DNA of 64,000 bases from the human T2T-CHM13v2.0 reference genome, Homo sapiens: the NCBI RefSeq assembly GCF_009914755.1, contig NC_060934.1, one strand, 5' to 3'. Shown here in pieces: positions 43,613 through 57,652 of this stretch (position 1 is its first letter; the number at the start of each line of letters is the position of its first letter). The translations under genes and the position numbers were made by a program. The notes below the pieces were generated by a model, which was given only the letters and a program-made list of their open reading frames with translations, had not been told where the DNA came from and made no database searches.

Positions 43613-46600
43613 AGGAGAAAGCCAGTCCCTCCAAAGTTAGAGATATGAGAATCCCCTGAAAGTAGATTTTAGTGCATTTGCATATTAACAAAGAGACGCT
43701 CATGGAAACATCCAAGGTGAATCCAGCATCCAACTGTTGTTACATACGTTGTGGTTGTTAACCACAAAAATCTTGTAAAATAAATTTGAATCACTTGTAT
43801 TACATTGCAGTTCTACTGAAAATACTTGATAGCAATACACCTCAAAGTTTGAATATTTGATTTCTTCAAAACACTTGGCAGGACAGTAATTGAATTGGGC
43901 GTGATATCGATTGCTTAAAAGCCTAACAAGAAGAAGGCAGTTTCCAAGATGACAGTGGCCTTAAGAGTGTCATACAGGAAACCAGCTGTCATGTGCTTAG
44001 CTTCAGGGAGAATACGCTGGAGCAAGAAGCACGAGGACTCCTGGGACTCACTGTGGACACTGTGTACTCAGTCACTCGAGGAAAGGTGCCGTGATGTTTC
44101 TGTAGGACTTCCGCCCAATGGTAAGATCTGGGATTCATCATCCTAGCTGAATAGAGTCATGTTAACTGTTGGGGTTATCCTGGACTTGATAAACCTGTTC
44201 TGAAAGCTGACTTTGACCTCTGTCTTCATAACTGGTTTGTAAGGTCCAAAGACACTAAAACAGCCAGCACACCTTTTGTGCACTAAGAATCTTTCACATC
44301 TATCAATCACGGGCCACCTCCCCTCGCATGTTTATGTGCTACGTTAGTATGGATCCATGGAGGAAGGTGACATGCTCTCAGCTATGTTGTGGCAGTAGCC
44401 ATGGGCTGCTGTTGCAATGACAGGGAGCTATAAACTGTGATCCATAGGATATACTTTGCAGCTAGTTGCAGCTCAGTATATAAGTTGGCTTTGGTGACTT
44501 TTTTTGGGAAAAGAGAGGGTTCAGTGGTGAAAGAAACATCATTAAAAGGTTGACCCAGGGGTCTAGTATTGCGGCTGGTTAGACATAAAAGCCAGAACTC
44601 CTGCATTATAACATGTAATCAAAGAGTTGAGTTTCTGTTAATTCATAGAGAAAACTCATAGCAGTCTTGGAGTGATATTTTGGGTGGATATTGAGTTTTA
44701 AGTCCTGCATTCATCAATAAAACCGTAATTTTATAAAAGTGGAAGACTTGTGAATATTCAAGCATTTTTTGACAGAAAGTACAGTTTATATCTGTGCACA
44801 TGTGTGCCCAATGTAAGTCTGTCCTCAAGTTATCCACTGGCATCACCCAGGTCCCTTACTTCCTTCCCTTATGCGTTGTTTGTAACAATTTTGCTGCCAA
44901 TTAAACATGTCTACCAGTGTGTAGTCAAGAGCAAAGAATATAAAACAAAGATCATTAGTGTTACTTCTTGTAAAATATTTACTTTTTGCTAAAGATCTAT
45001 TACTTAAAATGAGTTTCTAAGTGGGTTTTAATTATTGTTACTTCTGTATTTGTCCCAGTTTTTACAAGGTAGGTTGTCTTTTCAGGAGAGCAAAAGCCTA
45101 GCATGTAAGAGAGTAGAATATCAAGGGAAGGAAATACGGACATATTTTCATCCCAGTGAAGGCTAAATTAGCTCAAGAGCACAACCAAGGGATACAAATT
45201 AAGAACCTTCATAATTCAGCAAATGTGGGCAATAAAGGTAGAATCCTGGAAATCAGCCTGATCGTGAATACTCAAAGGATTATGTATTAAACAAGACAGG
45301 GCCCAATGAAATTGTCTTTGTGTTAGAAATTTTCAATTGCAGAAAGTTACAGCTCATTCAAGACCTAATATCCATAATGCAGTCTGACAGCAGCAAAATC
45401 ACTCCACCGGCAAAAGACTTAAATGAAAAGCAATGCTAAATGCCTGCCTAGGAGAAAAAGTGACACAGTGTTACATAATCACACGTCCAAAGGGTATCAT
45501 AGAAAGCAAAACAGGGCCACCAAATGGACCCTTAGGCCTTTGCTCATGATGCACCCAAAATATTAGTCATTCATGCAGTGAAATTGCTTTGTTTTAAGCA
45601 CCAATAGAGTTTCTTGACCTCAAAACAGGATAAATAACGATTCAGGATAATCTAAGAGGTGATGGTGGTGGTGATCTGTATCAGAAGCTACACTAATATG
45701 AGCAGGGATGGCAGCAATGTTTGGTCAAATTGAGTCATGAAAATTCCATTGATTAAATACTCCTGTTATGTTTGAAAACATAAAACTATAAAGAGCTTAA
45801 AGACAGCTGTAGTACATGTGTCCTCTACTTTAGAACGCTAGCATCATTTCATCGTAAAATGGGAAAGCAGGAAACATAAAAGTCTAGGAAAGAAGGCAAA
45901 CACATCTAACTTCTCCCGAAGAGATCTTTGGATCCACAAGGAACCATTAAAGAAGAGGACAACCAGGTAGAGTAACAGATTGTTAGAGCCTTGAGTTGAA
46001 GATGTCAGGAACCTACATTTCTTACTTTAGAATGGAATTCTTTAAACAGAATCCTGAAAGCTAGAGACATTCAAATACTGCTCTCTCTCCCATTGAATCA
46101 TTGATCTTTTTGATCCAAAAGCATATGCCGTGGGACCAAGAAGAAGAAGAAACATTCGAGGTGGTTCTTTACTTTTCACAGTTTAGAGGCCTGTGCAGTG
46201 CTCCTGCAACTAATGGTAATAACTGTGGTCATTGTAAAGGGAAAGTTGTACATACGTATACAAGATAGGGAATGTGTTACTAATGTCAGAACAAAATCAC
46301 AAACATCAATACTTAAAAACAAAGGGGAAATAATACACATTAAGCCTAATCTGATACATATAATCTCATTTAATCCTCAGTACAATCCAGTATCACTCCG
46401 CTTTGTAGGGGAAATCTGAGTCTGAAAACAGCTGAGTAAATTCCTGTGGCGGCCCTTCCCAGCCTTGCACACCTATCACCTTGGCCTGACTTTGGGGTCT
46501 CTGCTGACCCAGACTCTCTTCCCTGGAGTTCTAGTAAAAGGTACAGCTTCTTACAGAAGAAGGTAATTCCTCTGGACTGAACCTACAAAGGACTTTGAAG

Positions 46601-48594
46601 TCTTTAAAGACTGTCCCCTCCCCAGCTTAGCAGATGTTAAGCAGAGGCTGAAACACTTGACACTTAGCCAGCAAATTTGGTTGTATTTTTTTACAGTTGT
46701 CTTTCGTTTGTCACAAATAGGTTCTCTTTGTATTTGTGGCTGGAATTCCGTATTATTGTATACTTTGCATAGACTGTAAATGACTAGCATAGCGATATTT
46801 GTAAATATTTTACTAAGAATATAATTATACTCTTCTAAAGAGAAGAGGATCGCCGTCCTTCCCTTCCTTGTGCCTGAATGAATCCCCAGCAAAGGCCTGT
46901 TGCAGCAAAGCTAAGGGATTAGAGGAGATAAATAACACAGTGGCAGCATCTGCCTGAGGGTGCAAAGGGGCAGGGGCCCTGCAGGAGGAACGTTGGCCTC
47001 TCCCCGTGTTTTGTGAATCTAACGTTACTACTTAGGTGAGTTCGGATTCTGTAGTTGCGCATCTTCACAGTAAAAAGTGGTGGAGTTGCTAAGGGCGGAT
47101 GAGTGTGGCCTCAGAAGACTCATCCCCCTGGGAACTTTCGGTAGCCACAGGGAAGGCTTGCATAGAATTAGGTCTTGCCTGATCAAAGCCTTGGAGCTGC
47201 TGGGTGATTGGACATGGACTGTGTTCTCCCTAGGCATCTTGTGCTTGTCCTTCCATTGCTGATTGTCCTCGGCGGTGCCCATAGGTGACTCTGTCTTCCG
47301 TACCAGGGCTGTTCTGTGGAGCCACAGACTGTGTGCCTCTCTGTTACCGCTGTCTCCAGCACCTTGAAGGGTGCATCTGCTGCTCACAGACCTTCAGTAA
47401 GTTCCTGCTGAGTGAATGAACACACGCTTGTTTGTAAGGATTAGTGCTTCTGTTGGCAGTGGGATTTGAGAAGCAGGGCACGAGGAGAGAGCAAGGAACA
47501 CCCGGGAACCTACCCTCCCTCAGCCTCCACCTTGTTAGAGTTCCTCCTGATAGGAAGTGGCAGGGAAACGCAGTGAATCTAAGGAGGGGCACGTGTCTAT
47601 GTTTCTGATTGAAACACTTTTCTTTTCTGTAATTGAAATAGCTGTGGCCGCTGGCTTGAGAAAATATCCCCTACCTTGCAGTGTCTAGCATCAATGCTGT
47701 TTAAAATCTTAGATCTTCGCATGGCCCTCAAATACCAGTGTTTGCACCTTCACAAAATCCTTAAAGGTTAGTCTTGTAGACGGGTGTTAGGTTGACTTGA
47801 TGCTCTGAGAGGCTGAGCGACACCCTGAGGAAAAAATGCTGCTTTGGTCCCGACTCCCTGTGTTTTTCCTCCTGAGAAGTCTCTGGTCCTGACCAGCTCT
47901 GGCATCATGTGCCGATGCTGTTTAATGCTCTCTCTTAACTTAAAATACTGCCGTGGGGTTCTCCAGCAGTGCCACTGATGTCTCAGTACTTGTTTTAAAA
48001 TAATTTATATGCAGCGTCTATATTAACCTGCACACCTCTTTTTAGCAATTTCTCCCTTCCCTGACAAGTCTTTTCTCGTACATGACGTGAAATAGTGGAG
48101 GGCAGAGGCCCAGGCCAAGTGCATGGCTCATGCATTATGTTTCTTTTGGTTTGTCAAAAAACCATTGAATGTCTGTGAAACGTGCATTTCCTCTAAACTC
48201 CACTCTAGTTCAACACTTAGCTAACAGATTTTCTAAAAATTAAAGCAATTGTATCAATGCCTATGAAATATGCTACAGGAAAGACCCTTGCCTTTCTGTG
48301 AAATACTGTCTTCTAAATAGCCACCGTCATTTGTGCCTCCTGCTCAAGAGAGGGATGTCAATTTTGAGTCCTAGAGTCAGGGGTACTCTGAGCTACACTT
48401 AGTCCTTTTCTCATTCATCCTCCCTTTATGAAATCCATCATTACTGCTCCCCCACATTTTGGGCAAATTGCATGGGCATCCCTGACTAATGAATTTTTCC
48501 TGGAGTCCTAGAGGCAAAGGGATAGGGCTAGCACTTGTCAAGGTATGGTCTGAGGTCTGTAAATAATGTGTATGGCCTGGGCGGTGGTGGGGAA

Positions 48595-48705
48595 GGGTAC
48601 AGATTCTAGCATCTCACTCTAGACCTGCTGAATCAGACTCTCTGGGGTGGAGCCTAGGATTGGCAGTTGGACCACACTCATGAGTAACTCATGGCCCTTT
48701 GAGAA
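48595..48705. mobile_element. MER5A-like hAT-Charlie DNA transposon fragment
   Basis: 'cagattctagcatctcactctagacctgctgaatcagactctctggggtggagcctagga' matches the recalled MER5A core. Confidence 0.7.
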
Positions 48706-49049
48706 TAGTTACGTCCATTCAGCAAATATTTACTGGTGGACTATAATATACAGGCACTTGGCTAGATGGTGGGAATATAGGGATGTACAAAAACAGATGT
48801 AGAACCTGAGTATGCTGCTTTATACTTACTGAGAAATGCAATTCAACCTTGGATTGGAAGGTTCAGAAAGACAACTGGAAACCTGGGATGGAGATTTTCA
48901 ATCAACTAGCCAAATAGCAAATATTTATTCAGTTCTCAGGAGAAAGGTACTATGCTGACTACTTGAGATGATAGAGAATATAGCATGGTTCCTGGGCTCT
49001 GAGGATCTTATATTCTGGCTGGGAAAACAGCATATGAAAAGTTAAACTT

Positions 49050-49378
49050 GGCCGGGCCCGGTGGCTCACACCTGTAATCCCAGCACTCTGGGAGGCTGAA
49101 GTGGGTGGATCACCTGAGGTCAGGAGTCGAGACTGGCCTGCCCAACGTGGCGAAACTCCATCTTTACTAAAAATAAGAAAAAATTAGCCAGGCATGGTGG
49201 CAGGCACCTGTAATCCCAGTCACTCAGGAGGCTGAGACAGGAGAATTACTTTAACCTGGGAGGCGGAGGTTGCAGTGAGCTGAGATTGCTCCACTGCATT
49301 CCAGCCTGGGCAACAAGAGCGAAACTCCATCTCAAAAATAAATAAATTAATAGATAAATAAATATAAAGAAAAAAACG
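49050..49378 (+). mobile_element. AluS with TSD aagttaaac
   Basis: 'ggccgggcccggtggctcacacctgtaatcccagcac...gggcaacaagagcgaaactccatctc' plus an A-rich tail; aagttaaac on both flanks. Confidence 0.95.
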
Positions 49379-49751
49379 AAGTTAAACGATAGCAGACAAA
49401 CCTGGTTAATTGCTAAGTGAGTAAGGCTAACAATAACAGTGTTCCGGCTGTCACTAGCTCTTCACCGAATGTCTCCTTCCACCTCAATTTTCCCACATCC
49501 TGATTCCATCCTACTTCTAGTGTTTTGTTATTTTAATATTTATAATTTAAACATCACTATTAGGATGTTACAATTTGCTGCCGTAAGGTATTTGGAATTT
49601 TTGAAACACAGGCCACCTCTGCTTCAGATGGCATATCATTCTGCTGACTTAATATTATCCAACCATAAAGCAAAGGTGAATTTCTAATTACTTAGAAATA
49701 TATTCAGTTAAAATAAGCTTTTTTTCTTTTTCAAAATGCTATCTAATTTAA

Positions 49752-49842
49752 ATACATACATATATGTGTATATGTGACTATATGGCATATATGTAAGATT
49801 ATATATGTATATACCTATGTATGTATGCACATGCACATGTGA
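49752..49842. repeat. (TA/CA/TG)-rich low-complexity tract
   Basis: atacatacatatatgtgtatatgtg...tatatatgtatatacctatgtatgtatgcacatgcacatgtg. Confidence 0.75.
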
Positions 49843-50139
49843 AAAGTGTACAGCTTGGAAAATACAATGTGATATCAGAATAAAGTAAGGAAAAGTTATG
49901 GTGTAAGAGCTTTTTGGATCATTTGAAATGTTAGAGATTGCTGTAGGTTGGCTTTCTAAAGTAGACCAGAAGATCCTCGCTTGGGAGTTCTGGAGTCAAT
50001 AGAGTAGAGTTAGAAATGTTCTATTTAATACTTTTCAGTAGATCTTCTGGAGTTAGCCCTCTGTGACTTAAATAGTTGGAAATTAAGGCATATTCTTTGG
50101 GAGTTGGATGCATATAAATTCCAGAGGGTGGAAGCCGTG

Positions 50140-50380
50140 TTAGTACAATGCTGTGGGTAAGAGCTTTGGTTTTAGAGTCAGATGGTTTTGTGTACATGTG
50201 TGTACTCTGACTATATTGTGTGGCCACAGGACTTAAATTTCTTAGACTCAGTTTTCTCTTCTATAAAATGGCCTGAGTAATAGTACTTATCTGATAGGGA
50301 TATAGAAAATGTTAAATAGATGTTAAGCACTTACCCAAAGTCTGGCATACATTAAGCACTCCATTATTGACTCTCATTAC
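50140..50380 (+). mobile_element. MIR SINE
   Basis: 'taagagctttggttttagagtcaga', 'ctcagttttctcttctataaaatgg', 'taagcacttacccaaagtctggcatacattaagcactc'. Confidence 0.8.
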
Positions 50381-52965
50381 ATCATCATCATTTTCTCAGT
50401 TAGTTAAAAGAGCCTACTGCGTGTATATTAATTTGCCTTTCCCTGAAAAGTACGACAAATTCAGCTCCACAGAGTAACTTACTGTCCTTTTTAAATACCA
50501 TTTCTGTGTGGATCTCAGCAATTGTGTAAACTTTTAAAAACAGAATTATCCATATTCTTTCAGTGATTGAAAATTATAGAATTTGGAGCCAAGCTTCAAG
50601 TGTTCCCTTGTAATGTGTACCCAAAGAGGAGAATCTGACTGTACGTTGTTTAGTCATTCATAGCATGTATACCAACCAGTGTTTGTTCAATTTAGGATGG
50701 TAAAAATAATTTGCACAGTTTGTTAATTGTGCCCCAATAAAAATGGGGGAAAAACAGATTTAGATGATAGATGAATTTTGGCTTGGAATATAGACCTAAT
50801 TAATTATATTTTTTAGACACAAATTTAAAGTTATTTCTAGCACATTAAAATAAACAAAATTAGCACAATGTGAAACTATATGGAAACAGAATATAGCAAT
50901 TTCCATAAGAGACTTTGAAATACTGACAGTAATGATTATGGAATTTTCATTTCCCAGCAGCTGCCATTTCTTGGAGATGTTTACATATTAAATATTAGAT
51001 CATTTCTAAAAAATAAACTGAGACACGTAAATGGAATTATTTTTTATCCTGAGGCTCAGACTAAAGTCCCAGAGTATGACATTTCCTGGGCATTTTCTCT
51101 GTAGCTCTCAACTGTCCCAGCCTTCGGTTGCAGCACAGAGAGCTTCTGAGTGGCCATTGCTGTTCAAGACGGTACAGCTTTTCCATGCTTGTCCTGGGTC
51201 TCTTCCTTGACAGACTTATTTTATTCATTCTGTGTTTACACACCGACAGCTATGACACACACAGGATCGGGATACTCTGCTGGGTGCTATGGTGCAAACT
51301 CGCAAAGAATTTATCATCGAACAGTAAAAAGATGAGCCTGAAAACATACTGCCAAACGTTTACTTTTAGAAGACTGGGGGCAGGTGTCATGAACTGGCTT
51401 TGTTTATTGTATTTCAAATCTTGTTTTCTTTAAAGAAGCCAAGATGCTAAAATGAGTGGCATGTGTTCAGTAGGAAATCATCTCTCGTGTGTGTTAAACA
51501 GAGCAGTGTTCTCCCTCCTAAACAATTTATAATGATGTAAGATGGAACCTTGGGTGCTGTGACTGAAAACGGCCATAAATTATCAAGTGTAAGTGGGAAA
51601 GTTGGTGCTTACCATTTAACTTGAGCCTGGAACATACTGAAGGCATTAAGTGCAGTGGTATGTGACTGAACTGATGGGAGTTAATATGTAATTACTGTTT
51701 TTTACAGTACAGTTATGGCAATTATATTTATTCTATTTTTTGGAAAGTACATATAATGTAATTATAATTAATAACTGCAAAGATAGGCTCAATTACTTAA
51801 GTCATGAAAGTGAATTACCTTAATCATACTGAGAATTTTTCAGCCGCCCTGTATAAAGAATATCTATGGAAACAGTAATGCTCTGGAGAATGTTACTTGT
51901 AAGGAAACTGAAATAAATAAATGTGGAGTTTATGCTGAAATGAGTAGTTTTAAACAATGAAGAAAACTATCAGAATTTTATAGCTTGCTACTATCTTTAA
52001 ATCCTTTTACATAGTGCATGAATCATCATGCTTTCATTGTAAATTTAAAATTTTAAATGAAATTTCAAGAAACATTGTCTTTGCAAAACACAGTTCTAAA
52101 TAGTTGAAAAGAGTGAGGAAAGAAATTCTGTTAAAATTCAGGATTATTTTTGAACCCTTGATTGACTTTCGAGGAATATTTTAAACTGTCTAGAAAACTT
52201 TGCATTATTATTTATGGTATTATGTGCTAAATAAAAGGGGCCATATCAGTGTTTTCTTATAAATAGTTTAGTTACTTTTGGGGATGAAACTTCCATATAG
52301 ATTATGTGATTTTTATGTAAAAATGTAACCTACAAGGAAGGTATCGCTCAAGCTTGTGAGTTATTTGAGTGCAATTAATGTATACATCTTTCCATTATTA
52401 GTCTATTTTAGGTAACACTTTTAAAGAGTTTAACTCTTCCTTCTTACCTACCCCCTGCTATCTGATGACTTGCCTTATGCTTCTTCTAAATTTTAGTTGC
52501 ACAAATACCTATTCTTTACCTCTCCCCGTTTCCTTTCCCAGTACCCTAAAGTAGACCACATCATTCAGTTTTTTTTTTTTTTTATTCAGCAAACACCCCC
52601 TCAGGTCATCTCAACAAACCTCTCAATTCTGCCTCTCTCATCGGCTCATTTCTCTTCGTCTCCACTGTTAATATGGTAGAGTAAGCCATCTTCAATTTCT
52701 CACTTGCGTTATTTTCCAGGAGGTTCAAACCGGAAATGGTTTCGTGGGATTTCATTTAAAGTAAAATAGACATTTTTAGTTTTTGAGAGATGGTGAGCCA
52801 ACTTTTATCTTTTGAGAAACTGCCTCTGCTCAATCAGTTAGTCAGAAGTACCTAACCGTAACTAAATTTGCCTTAAAAGAAATCTGGTTGGTATATTTTC
52901 ACTCTTCCCCAATTATAGGTACCCAAAAGGGCAAGAATTATATTAGATTTCATCTTTTGATGTTG

Positions 52966-53132
52966 GTTTTTGTTTTTGTTTTGTTTAGGAGACGGGTTCT
53001 CAATCTGTCGCCCATGTTCGGTGCAGTAGCGCAATCATAGCTCACTGCAGCCTTGAACTCCTGGCCTCCGGTGATCCTTCCATCTCACCCTCCCAGGTAG
53101 CTGGGATTACAGGAGTGAGTCACCATGCCCAA
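52966..53132 (-). mobile_element. Free Alu monomer (FRAM/FAM-like)
   Basis: (TTTTG)n tail and a single monomer 'gcgcaatcatagctcactgcagccttgaactcctggcc...gctgggattacaggagtgagtcaccatgccc'; degenerate TSD ttcatcttt / tccgtcttt. Confidence 0.85.
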
Positions 53133-53462
53133 CTCCGTCTTTAGACATTTAAGTGCCCCATTTCAACTATCTGGTATGCTTCTCTGTGAAATACTGTAGG
53201 TGTGCAATAGTCACCCGTCCATCCACCTTTAGCGTCATGTAGCTCTTCTGTGTTTGTATTTATGTAGACAAGACTTACTGTATTTTATGAGCATGTGAAT
53301 TTTTAATTATGAATAAGTTTTGGTATATTGGAAAAAAGTACACAATACTGTATTTGCTTTGTCACTTATAAATTTCGCTATTTAAGATTTAATACTCTCA
53401 AATTTGTTAAATTAGAACAATTTTTAGGATAGTGCCAGTCACTTATTTGTATTAAAAATAAG

Positions 53463-53755
53463 GGTTAGGCGCAGTGACTCATGCCTGTAATCCCAGCACT
53501 TTGGGAGACCAAGGTGGGAAGGATTGCTTGAGCCCGAGATTTCAAGACCAGCCCGGGCAACACAGCAAGAACCCATCTCTACAAAAAATTTAAAAATTAG
53601 CCAGGCATGATGGAGTGCGCCTGTATTCCCAGTTACTTGGGAGGCTGACATGGGAAGGTCGCTTGCGCCGGGGGTGTTGAGGCTACAGTGAGCGTGATCA
53701 CACCACTGCCCTCCAGCCTGCGTGACAGAAGGAGACCCTGTCTTAAAAAAATAAA
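53463..53755 (+). mobile_element. AluJ
   Basis: Dimer with 'ggattgcttgagcccgagatttcaagaccagcccgggcaacacagcaaga' and 'gaggctacagtgagcgtgatc'. Confidence 0.93.
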
Positions 53756-53779
53756 GCATAGTTGCTAACTTTTGTGTAT

Positions 53780-54760
53780 TCGTAGAGTCATTCATTGAGT
53801 ACAATTTTTTGAACACTCACCACATGCCGGGCGCTGTGCTCAGGTCTGAGAATGAAACTCTGAATGCTTGACTCCTTTGTGGGGAAGCTCTTGTCTAAGT
53901 CATTATGTGGAGCTGAGGTTCCTAGCACAGTGCCCCCTAACCTATGCTGGGGTTACTGGATGGAGCAGAATAGTTCCCTGAGAAGTGTTGTGAAGTTAAA
54001 TAGGATTTGGCAAAAGGAATAAAGGCAAGGGGCAGTCCCCACGATGGAGGACATTGGAAGGGTGAGTTCAGCACATTTGAGGACCAGGGGGCCGACCAGT
54101 CAGGAGCAGAGACTCGGAGGGGTAGGATGGGAAGAGTGAGGCTATAAAATAAGCCACAAGAAAGCTCCTGAAAAGCCTTCATTATTCTGAAAGGCTTGAA
54201 GAGTACCTACAGGAACTGTAAAAGATTTTAAGGACCTGGTGCAACAGAAGCAGATTGACGTTCTTGGAAGATTTTTCTGGGGGAGCCAAGTGGAAAACAC
54301 ATTTGTGTGGTCTAGACTAGACAACCTGGGGTGGGGAAGAATACAAAAGCAACAGTCCTCAGTTCCTCAGGCCCTTCACTGTTGACTTTGAAGTGCAGAC
54401 TAATCAATCATTGCATGTTTATTTAGTTCCTGTTTCATGGTGATGTGCCTTGATAGATAAGGCTGAAAATTCAGAGAACTGTTAGACCTGGTTCCTGCCC
54501 TCAAGACATTTAGTCTAGTTGGGAGGAAAGATAAAAACATAATGTATGGTATGTAGTGTTTCAATAGCGTGCACAGTAGTTTCACATATAGTATCTGTTT
54601 TAATCCTTGAAACAACTGTAATCTATCACATTATTGCAGCTGACATATTATTAATGAGAGACTGTAGCTTAGATGAAGTCATGTCCTGTAGCCCTCTTTA
54701 TAAGTAATGAAGATAACGACTGCAAACAAGGTCTTTGGACTCCTTGGCAAGATGCCTTCC
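53780..54760. mobile_element. Cluster of L2 and MIR remnants
   Basis: 'ttgaacactcaccacatgccgggcgctgtgct', 'ggttcctgccctcaagacatttagtctagttgggagg', 'ttttaatccttgaaacaactgta'. Confidence 0.55.
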
Positions 54761-55131
54761 CACGACATCATACTTTCCCACTTGTTAAGTAATACCTTAA
54801 CCAGGTAGCTGCCTGAGATGAAAACATCTGAGATTGCATAAAGTGTGACTGCCCATCAGATGGCTTACATAGATGACAATGTGGTACGTTTAGAGAAGAA
54901 TTGATCACTGTATCTTGAATGATAACTTGTTTCTTGATGGGAGCAAATTCTGATTTGGAAACGAATTCTAGGGCGCAGAAGTGAATGAAGTGTCCAGAGG
55001 CAGACAACAGGGTGGAAGAGTTTGTGCCCTATGGTTCTTATGGGGGAAAATAGGGTAAGAACTGAAAGTATCAGTTGGATCCAGTGGTGAAGAACTTTGG
55101 AGTGACGATTAAAAGTGGATGGGCTGGGCTG

Positions 55132-55850
<719 letters not shown>

Positions 55851-57340
55851 CCTCTCCTCCTGTTGTCCTCTTTTTCCTTTGTGTGCCTGTAATGGACACT
55901 TTTCCATTCCATATCTCTTGGGTTTTGGAGATGGTAAAAATGTTCTTCCTTATCCCACCAATTCTTAATAGGCTTCTGTCACCTTTTCACAGTTCTAATA
56001 TCCAGTTTAATGAAATATCTTGCTGTTCTTTAATCATCATGATTCTGGTTTGTTGGAAATCGGCAAACCCTTGAAATGCTAGAGACTTGTAGAAAAACAA
56101 ATTCACTTTGTTTCAGGCCCTAGGGACTTGACCATTGCAGCTTAAGATCGCCATATGTGTGCTTCCTCTCACTTCAAGTTCCGGTTTTGTCTGACTGACG
56201 GACCCTTCCAGGCCAGACAGTTGCTGCCATTCATGCCTTCCTGACTTCATCTGCATTTGGAATGATTTCCACCCCAGAAGAATTAGTTGGATGTTTTCTA
56301 CTATGCATACCATTGCTTTCCTCTTCCCTTATTTGTAGTTTCTTGCATATCTCACGTTGAGAACTTCAGGCCCCCACACAGTTTAACGTGCCCTGCAATA
56401 TTTTATGCTTATTTCGCTATTTCAAAATGGCTACCAAAGGCACCAGTCTTAGTATAGACCTTGCATTAACCTTTTCAGTGTTCTGCCAAGCATCTACGTT
56501 AGAAAGTCTCTAGACATATATTTGCATTTATTCTCATCTTTTATTAAAATACATTTCTTTTCAAAGTTTATACCTGACTTAAATTGTTTTTCAGAGTGGT
56601 AAATGTCTTTACTTTATTCTTCAAAAAGGAAACAAATAAAATGCACAGACCTGAAGGAGACAGCTCTTTAAATATTGTATATTCCCAGCACTGCTGTGTA
56701 TCAGTGCTGCCACTCAATTGGCTGAGAAAGCTGCTTGGCATTTCTGCAGTTAATGCTTTGCTAGTGGTACATTTTCTTTTCATTTTTGGGTTCACTCTCT
56801 AGGCCTCTGGTTGGTTAATATGGACATTATCTAGTGAAAATGCCGCATTTCATAATGTTAGAACAAAGTTTCACAGTAATTGCCTTCGGAAGACATTTGC
56901 AGCTCTGCATTTACAACTTACTCTCGCTAATGCGTGGCAAGGTCAGAAAAGCAGCAGGCTTGTGAGTAAGAAGGAAAAAAAACCGTCCCTCTTGCTCATA
57001 ATGATTTATGTAGTTGGGCAATTAGGCAAAATACACAAATAGTAGTTCGATATTATATTAATCAATTTAGCCATGGGATATAAAGTCATAAGGAATGTCA
57101 TCTGCTGGGGATGAAACACAGTGCTCGGTGCAGAATGTTTACTGTATGCTTCTACGCAACAGACTATATGTAGTTTCCAGCAGAATTATCGTGCTTATTT
57201 AACTTGGCTCTCCCATGCTCCTGTGTTGAATTGGTGTTGAGAAAGCAGATTAGACAATGTTAAATGAAGGAAAGAAACTTCAGGAACAAACTTTCAAAAA
57301 CATAGACTGTATTATTTAAAAAAAAAAAAAGCACCCCCAA

Positions 57341-57652
57341 GGACAGGCACGGTGGCTCATGCCTATAATCTCAGCACTTCGGGAGACCGAGGCAGGAGGA
57401 TCACTTGAGCCAGGAGTTCAAGACCACTCTGGGCAACATGAGGAGACCCCATCTGTACAAAACATAAAAAATCAGCCAGGTGTGGTGGTGCACGCCTGTC
57501 GTACCAGCTACTCGGGAGGCTGAAGTGGGAGAATCACTTGAGCTCAGGAGGTTGAGGCTGCAGTGAGCCATGATTGTGTCACTGCACTTAAGCCTGGGCA
57601 ACAGAGGGAGACCCTGTCTCAGGAAACAGAAAAAAAAAAAAAAAAAAAAAAA
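57341..57652 (+). mobile_element. AluJ
   Basis: Dimer 'ggatcacttgagccaggagttcaagaccactctgggcaacatg...gaggttgaggctgcagtgagccatgattgtg' with a long A-tail; flanks share a(n)gcacccc. Confidence 0.94.

Noticed and set aside
52043-52058. 16-bp palindrome ATTTAAAATTTTAAAT
   Set aside because: Pure A/T low complexity; expected by chance in AT-rich DNA.
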